In this document: positions 58,725-64,000 of the stretch, piece by piece
Layout: the number at the start of each line of letters is the position of its first letter
Numbering within the stretch: the first letter of the stretch is position 1
Assembly (NCBI GenBank): GCA_016937015.1
Contig: JAFGWT010000273.1
Location: 22,878-86,877, forward strand
Length of the DNA: 64,000 bases
Origin: Deltaproteobacteria bacterium
GTDB taxonomy: Bacteria > Myxococcota_A > Polyangia > JAAYKL01
Reading direction: 5' to 3'
Notes under the pieces: model-generated
The model's input: the letters and a program-made list of their open reading frames with translations, nothing else
What the model was told of the DNA's origin: nothing
Database searches by the model: none
Translations under genes and position numbers: made by a program

Positions 58725-60686
58725 ATGAAGTTATTACGCGTCGCTGCAGCAAGTCTCAATCAAACACCCATTCATTGGGCGCGCAATTTAAACAACATCA
58801 AATCAGCTGTCTCGCTGGCCAGGACACAACAGGTATCCCTGCTCTGTCTTCCCGAGATGGCGATTACCGGTTATGGCTGCGAAGATGCGTTTCTTTCTCC
58901 GTCACTCCAGCAAACCGCCCTCGATATGCTGGGGGAAATTGTTGATGTCTGCCGCGATATCACTGTGGCAGTTGGATTGCCGGTGAATTTCGAAAACACC
59001 CTATACAACTGTGTGGCGCTGATCAGTGACGGCGAGCTCTGCGGCATTGTGGCCAAGCAATACCTCGCAGGCGATGGCATACATTACGAACCCAGGTGGT
59101 TCAAGCCATGGCCATCCGGCAAACGCGGAGCGTTGCGGTTTCGAGACACGACAGTCCCGTTTGGAGATATTCTGTTCGCTATTAACGGCGTACGGATTGG
59201 CTTCGAAATCTGTGAGGATGCATGGGTGGCAGAGCGGCCCGGGGTACAGCTGGCCAAACGGGGCGTCGACATCATCCTCAATCCCAGCGCGAGTCATTTC
59301 AGTTTTGGAAAGCACGAAATTCGAAAATCCTTTGTCCGCGAAGGCTCTCGTGCGTTTGCTGCCATCTATGTGTACACAAACCTTGTTGGCAACGAAGCGG
59401 GTCGAATTGTGTACGATGGTGGCCCACTGATTGCTGCCGCAGGTAAGATGATGGCCACAGGCAAGCGGTTTACTTTCGAACCCGTTATGCTGCTGGCACA
59501 CGATGTCGATATAGAGCATACCCGAATGCATAAAACGCAGCGCCCTGCATCCCTTTCTGAAGCGGGCGCCGTCGATGTCTCGCTGACCCGCGCTCATTTC
59601 AGCGAACCTGTTTCACCTTTGCCCCGGGACCATCGCAGCGAAGATGCGGTTTTCGAAAAGGCGGATGAATTCGCCCGCGCTGTCAGTCTGGGACTCTGGG
59701 ACTATATGACCAAAAGTCGTTCAAGGGGCTTTGTACTGTCCTTAAGTGGCGGCGCGGATTCCAGCGCAGTCGCGACACTCATTCGAATTATGGTAGAGTT
59801 GGCCCTCAGGGAAATCGGCGAACAGAAAATCAGGGCTGCAGCGCCATGGATTTCCATGGACGCCCCAAACGCAGATGCGATTATGAGCCAACTGCTGACA
59901 TGTATATACCAGAGCACCCGTCACAGTTCAGCGGTCACGCTCGATGCAGCACGAACCGTAGCCCAATCCGTTGGTGCACAGTTCATGCGTTGGGATGTGG
60001 ACAATCTGGTGTCGTCCTATACGCACATGCTCGAACGATCCATTGAAAGGCCGCTCAGCTGGGATACAGACGATTTGGCGCTGCAGAATATCCAGGCGAG
60101 GGTAAGAGCCCCGGGGGTCTGGATGCTGGCCAACATCAAAGGCGCACTCCTTATTTCCACCAGCAACCGATCCGAGGCGGCAGTCGGGTATGCGACCATG
60201 GACGGCGACACCAGCGGGGGACTGAGTCCTATCGCCGGTATCGACAAGGCGTATCTGTTGGACTGGCTTCGCGAAGCCGAAACCGCCGGTGTGTCAGGGT
60301 TGGCCTCCATGCCATGGTTAAGGGTGATTACATCGCAAAATCCCACCGCGGAATTGCGTCCAATCGAAAATGAGCAGACAGATGAAGGAGACCTCATGCC
60401 CTACCCGGTTCTTGAAGCCATTGAAAAGCTGGCCATCCGGGACAGAAAAGGTCCCGTTCAGATTTACAGACTGCTCAAACATGAACGTCCAGAATCAGGT
60501 GCCCAGTTGAAGCAATGGGTTCGCCGATTTTTTACTCTGTGGTCCCGCAACCAGTGGAAAAGGGAGCGATATGCCCCATCATTTCATTTGGATGACAAAA
60601 ACCTGGACCCCAAAACATGGTGCCGGTTTCCGATTCTCAGTGGCGGATTTTCCCTGGAACTGGACTTAATGGATAAAGAATCCTGA
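58725..60686 (+). CDS. nadE: Glutamine-dependent NAD+ synthetase (N-terminal nitrilase-like domain + NAD synthetase domain)
   Basis: CN-hydrolase N-domain; PP-loop SLSGGADSS; 653 aa. Confidence 0.9.
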   Translation: MKLLRVAAASLNQTPIHWARNLNNIKSAVSLARTQQVSLLCLPEMAITGYGCEDAFLSPSLQQTALDMLGEIVDVCRDITVAVGLPVNFENTLYNCVALISDGELCGIVAKQYLAGDGIHYEPRWFKPWPSGKRGALRFRDTTVPFGDILFAINGVRIGFEICEDAWVAERPGVQLAKRGVDIILNPSASHFSFGKHEIRKSFVREGSRAFAAIYVYTNLVGNEAGRIVYDGGPLIAAAGKMMATGKRFTFEPVMLLAHDVDIEHTRMHKTQRPASLSEAGAVDVSLTRAHFSEPVSPLPRDHRSEDAVFEKADEFARAVSLGLWDYMTKSRSRGFVLSLSGGADSSAVATLIRIMVELALREIGEQKIRAAAPWISMDAPNADAIMSQLLTCIYQSTRHSSAVTLDAARTVAQSVGAQFMRWDVDNLVSSYTHMLERSIERPLSWDTDDLALQNIQARVRAPGVWMLANIKGALLISTSNRSEAAVGYATMDGDTSGGLSPIAGIDKAYLLDWLREAETAGVSGLASMPWLRVITSQNPTAELRPIENEQTDEGDLMPYPVLEAIEKLAIRDRKGPVQIYRLLKHERPESGAQLKQWVRRFFTLWSRNQWKRERYAPSFHLDDKNLDPKTWCRFPILSGGFSLELDLMDKES

Positions 60687-60895
60687 ATTAAAAATCATCC
60701 AGTCACATTCGGGGCATTTGTCACGTTTAAATTAAAGAAAAATTCAAAAATTCATTATTTTTGTTTTTTTTCATTCGTCTCATTGACTTCGCCTTCAGAT
60801 AATGTAAATATCACGCCATCTTGAAAGCTAAATGGACGAATTTTTTGCACAAAGGGAAATCCCTCTTTTGCAACAACTCAATCAAGGAGAAGAAA

Positions 60896-61108
60896 ATGAA
60901 AAAAATGGTTAAAGTATTCGTTGGTGCATTGGTTCTCGCAGCTGCAGTTACAGCATGTTCTTATGGCAGCATGGCAATTACACCTTCAAACAAAGCAATC
61001 GTTCTTCGCAACGACGGTTTCCTGATGGGTGCGTTGAGAAAAGCATATGTATGCGACGTTTCTGACGCCGGTTTAAGCAACTGCCAGGCCTCTGCAGAGA
61101 AGCCATAA
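60896..61108 (+). CDS. Small lipoprotein (70 aa)
   Basis: AAGGAGA RBS; MKKMVKVFVGALVLAAAVTAC. Confidence 0.45.
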   Translation: MKKMVKVFVGALVLAAAVTACSYGSMAITPSNKAIVLRNDGFLMGALRKAYVCDVSDAGLSNCQASAEKP

Positions 61109-61152
61109 TCTCCCTTCTTGAGTCAATCTCAATTTCCAGCTAAAGTCTTCCC

Positions 61153-61608
61153 ATGAAATTTTATACTGTTTTCAAATCAATGATGGTTTTGTGCCTCTTT
61201 AGCGCGCTCAGTGGCTGCGGGACGGAATCAGAACGGGGCAACACTGCAGTCGACCCTGCCCAGGAACCTGTTGCCATTATTCTAAACCCCAAAGGCAATC
61301 TTCCTGGCATGGATATCGCCGCGGTTTTAACCCCCAAGGCAGACTCTCTTAAAACCGCAGAAGCGCTGTCGCTGGCATTTCATACGGCCAGAGCAGCCTG
61401 TGCCGAAAGTCTCATTAAGCCCAACGAAAAAATTCACAGTATCGAAGGGATCACTGTTTTCGAAGGAAAAATGTCGGTTAAACCATCAGGGGAATCTGAC
61501 AACGGCCTGTCGTGCCTGACATCAAAACTCGACGGCCAGACACTGAAGGGGTTTAAGGACATGACCCACATGATGGATTTGCAAATTAAATTGAGAAGTG
61601 CCCAATGA
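61153..61608 (+). CDS. Lipoprotein
   Basis: MKFYTVFKSMMVLCLFSALSGC lipobox. Confidence 0.45.
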   Translation: MKFYTVFKSMMVLCLFSALSGCGTESERGNTAVDPAQEPVAIILNPKGNLPGMDIAAVLTPKADSLKTAEALSLAFHTARAACAESLIKPNEKIHSIEGITVFEGKMSVKPSGESDNGLSCLTSKLDGQTLKGFKDMTHMMDLQIKLRSAQ

Positions 61609-62177
61609 CAAACAAATTGTCACTGGTTTGTCTTTCATTTGTTTTCACAACGCTGCTCTCACTAAATGCAGTATCGGTGAATGCCGGGGGCTCGAGTCGA
61701 GGCAAATCAAGGGGCGGGGGACCTATGTTCGACTCCAGAAATATCAACGCCGAACTGGAAACCGGATTTGTCGCCTTTAACAACAGCCAGATTCCCGGGC
61801 GACTCTTTGCGCGAATGCAGGTGGGGATGCTTAGAGCAATAGATCCCGTTTTTGCCACAGCGGGACTGGGGCTGGATATTGGCGGCATCAGAAATGCAGC
61901 CCCTGGTGTACATATGAGCGTCATGCATCTTGTCAGCGGATTCAGTGCACAGGCATTTTTCAATTTGGCGCTCGATGGCACTCCCATATTCGGCGCAGGC
62001 GTTGGCTGGAGTCTGATTGGCGCCGAATATCAGGTTGGAAAAAGCGAAAAATTTGAACGGCTGTTGCTTTTTAAATTAAAAATTCCTTTCGGAGTGGGGA
62101 TGTATGGCATTCATAAAATGGCACGGGATGTGAAATTGCAGTCACTTAATCCCCACAGTTCAACCGACACCCCATAA
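61605..62177 (+). CDS. Secreted protein, unknown function
   Basis: Signal peptide; start overlaps upstream stop (ATGA). Confidence 0.4.
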   Translation: MTNKLSLVCLSFVFTTLLSLNAVSVNAGGSSRGKSRGGGPMFDSRNINAELETGFVAFNNSQIPGRLFARMQVGMLRAIDPVFATAGLGLDIGGIRNAAPGVHMSVMHLVSGFSAQAFFNLALDGTPIFGAGVGWSLIGAEYQVGKSEKFERLLLFKLKIPFGVGMYGIHKMARDVKLQSLNPHSSTDTP

Positions 62178-63036
62178 TCGCTCGCTCCATTTGTCCCAAT
62201 GGATCGATGATTGTAACCAGAATATTTCTCAATACCCTTGTTGACACGCCCCGCAAAATAAGTCGAATCAGCTGATAGCGCAGTTCGCCAATGACCGCAC
62301 CTGCAAAGGGCGTCCATGCCAAATCGATACCGGACGGTCTCTGGAACCAGGATTCAACAAGATACTCCCAGGTAAACGAGGCAAAAACAGCGTATAAGAA
62401 CGAAACAAACCCATTATGTCCGTAAGTCCGTCCAGCCAGATAGACCTCGGAACCATACAGCCCATGCAGTACTGTGTTGATCACCCACGGATCGTCATCG
62501 AGTTCAAAAAAAATCCTGCTGCCGTTCATGTACGGAGGTTGTGTCCAGCTTTCCCGAAATTGTGCCCGGCTGCCCTCGGTCGGTAAAAATGCATGCGGCC
62601 ACAATACCATCAGCCCCACGTACATACCCACATCAAGAATCGCTGTTCGCATCAGAGGCAATTTGGCTCGCGTGGCGCCAGACAATGTGTCACATTCAGG
62701 TCGGGGTGGACCTTCCGGTTCTACACCATGAGAGTAAGACGGCGCAATCGTCAAAAAAACCAAAACGAGAATGAAAAACCTGGACAAATGAACAAGGCTG
62801 CGTCTATCGCCTTTTTGGGATGTTACAGTAGATCTTGTCGACATTGTCTGGACCCCTTCATAACACGGATTCCCGCGCAGCCTACCCGTCTGAAGGGGGA
62901 CGTGACAAACGTTATCGAGTGTGGCCAATGGCCCGATTTTTCTGTTTATTCCAATCTCTTTTAAAAACGAAACCGCCAAAAAATTGAGACTAATCTTCTT
63001 TGACTGAGCTGATTTTGCTGACGCAGCGCTATCCAT
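62146..63036 (-). CDS. Hypothetical membrane/secreted protein
   Basis: ORF with hydrophobic segment LVHLSRFFILVLVFLTIAPSYS; start probably internal (~62844). Confidence 0.35.
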   Translation of the reverse strand: MDSAASAKSAQSKKISLNFLAVSFLKEIGINRKIGPLATLDNVCHVPLQTGRLRGNPCYEGVQTMSTRSTVTSQKGDRRSLVHLSRFFILVLVFLTIAPSYSHGVEPEGPPRPECDTLSGATRAKLPLMRTAILDVGMYVGLMVLWPHAFLPTEGSRAQFRESWTQPPYMNGSRIFFELDDDPWVINTVLHGLYGSEVYLAGRTYGHNGFVSFLYAVFASFTWEYLVESWFQRPSGIDLAWTPFAGAVIGELRYQLIRLILRGVSTRVLRNILVTIIDPLGQMERAIMGCRLNCGD

Positions 63037-63499
63037 TCAGACACTCCGCCATTAAATTCTTAATTTCCGATGGCGTGACAGCATCCGGTACCCAACGCAG
63101 AGATGGATGAATCCGGCGAAGGTGCTCATAGCGCTTGAGTTGCCTCGAAAAATCATATGCCAGAATCACTGGTATCTGTCCATGCCCTTCGTTTCGCAAT
63201 TTTTCCAAAATAAAAAGCCCCTGATTATTTTGCAGAAACTTAAACGCCCGCAAGGGGTCCCCATTGTGTTCGCGGGTGGCCTTGACGTGATCACCGAGAA
63301 GATCACCAATAGGAATCCGGTCGAATCTCATATCCAGATAAATCAAATCCACCGAACGTTCCTGAAGCAGACTGACAGCCTGATCGCCGTTTCGGGCCTG
63401 CAGGTAAAGGGGGCCTTCCACAAATTTGCTCAAGCTGTCCAAATACTCGTCGCCGTCTTCAATGATCAGCACCACAGCATCTGAAATATTTTTTGTCAT
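63029..63499 (-). CDS. Standalone response-regulator receiver (CheY-like) domain protein
   Basis: VVLIIEDGDEY..LIYLDMRF (phospho-acceptor Asp) pattern; 156 aa, no output domain. Confidence 0.6.
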   Translation of the reverse strand: MTKNISDAVVLIIEDGDEYLDSLSKFVEGPLYLQARNGDQAVSLLQERSVDLIYLDMRFDRIPIGDLLGDHVKATREHNGDPLRAFKFLQNNQGLFILEKLRNEGHGQIPVILAYDFSRQLKRYEHLRRIHPSLRWVPDAVTPSEIKNLMAECLNG

Positions 63500-64000
63500 C
63501 AGGTATCATCTCCATAGGTAGCCACAGGCAACTTGACCGCCACAGCCTTCTGCCAGGTTGAATCTCCACCGTACACATCAAGGGTACCATCGTATCGCGT
63601 CACCAAATCGGCGGTCAACCCCAACCCCTCCTCAATATAACGTCCGCGAAGCATCTCGGCTGTCAGCTCTCTCGGCGACTTATCTTTTACCAGCAGCACT
63701 GCCCGCTCAATACCCGTCACCATATCCACTTCAGTCTGAAGTGTGAGTCCAATTTCCACGGCCTCCAAATCTTCGACATACAGGAGGGATGACTGCACTG
63801 CATTACGAATCAGGTTCGTCACAATATCAACGAATGCGGCACGGGGGACGGCCACATTTACCGAGCTGTTGTCCGGGACGTTCAGCTCCAGCGTCAGAGG
63901 TGCAAACCGGGCGCCAGAAAACGCGGGTTCAAGCCGGCACTGTTCGTACACTGTGCGCAAAAGCTTCTCATTCACCTCAAGGGTGCGCAACTGATTCAGC
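63499..64000 (-). CDS. Sensor histidine kinase, C-terminal HATPase_c part (partial; N-terminus beyond right edge)
   Basis: G1/G2-box-like ..IEEGLGLTADLVTRYDGTLDVYGG..; frame open to window end; stop overlaps RR start. Confidence 0.55.
   Translation of the reverse strand, partial: LNQLRTLEVNEKLLRTVYEQCRLEPAFSGARFAPLTLELNVPDNSSVNVAVPRAAFVDIVTNLIRNAVQSSLLYVEDLEAVEIGLTLQTEVDMVTGIERAVLLVKDKSPRELTAEMLRGRYIEEGLGLTADLVTRYDGTLDVYGGDSTWQKAVAVKLPVATYGDDT

Overview
This is a 64-kb bacterial chromosomal segment of about 50% GC with densely packed genes on both strands. It has no rRNA, CRISPR array, transposase or integrase. Housekeeping genes include thiF/moeB-like, hpt-purC, tlyA, tRNA-Gln(CUG)-tRNA-Glu(CUC), pccB-like, cmk-rpsA, metB/C-like, a LexA-family gene, hisI-hisG, ilvE and nadE. 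These are interleaved with many secreted or lipoprotein genes: a GH3 enzyme, clan GH-A-like hydrolases, an esterase, Big_2, vWA, OmpA with TSP3 repeats and a Pro-rich protein. The content suggests an uncultured envelope- and polysaccharide-oriented bacterium, possibly FCB-group-like; I cannot assign taxonomy from sequence alone. The most notable finding is a phosphonate locus at 42.4-50.5 kb. It encodes a Fom1-like cytidylyltransferase-PEP-mutase fusion, a phosphonopyruvate decarboxylase and an Fe-alcohol dehydrogenase, which together predict CMP-2-hydroxyethylphosphonate. These are divergently paired with a TagF-type CDP-alcohol phosphotransferase homolog and a 1004-aa protein whose N-terminus is a YidC/Oxa1 insertase core fused to a C-terminal LtaS/sulfatase-like domain. 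I read this as a candidate teichoic-acid-like phosphonate glycopolymer system. Other highlights are an ECF sigma/anti-sigma pair whose anti-sigma carries an extracytoplasmic CBM-like sensor and lies next to a secreted paralog and GH3; two tandem ~1220-aa transglutaminase-like paralogs, one Cys-less; a LexA homolog with both catalytic dyad residues substituted; a membrane protein with 8 GGLPGLG repeats; and a triple zinc-ribbon tail-anchored protein.
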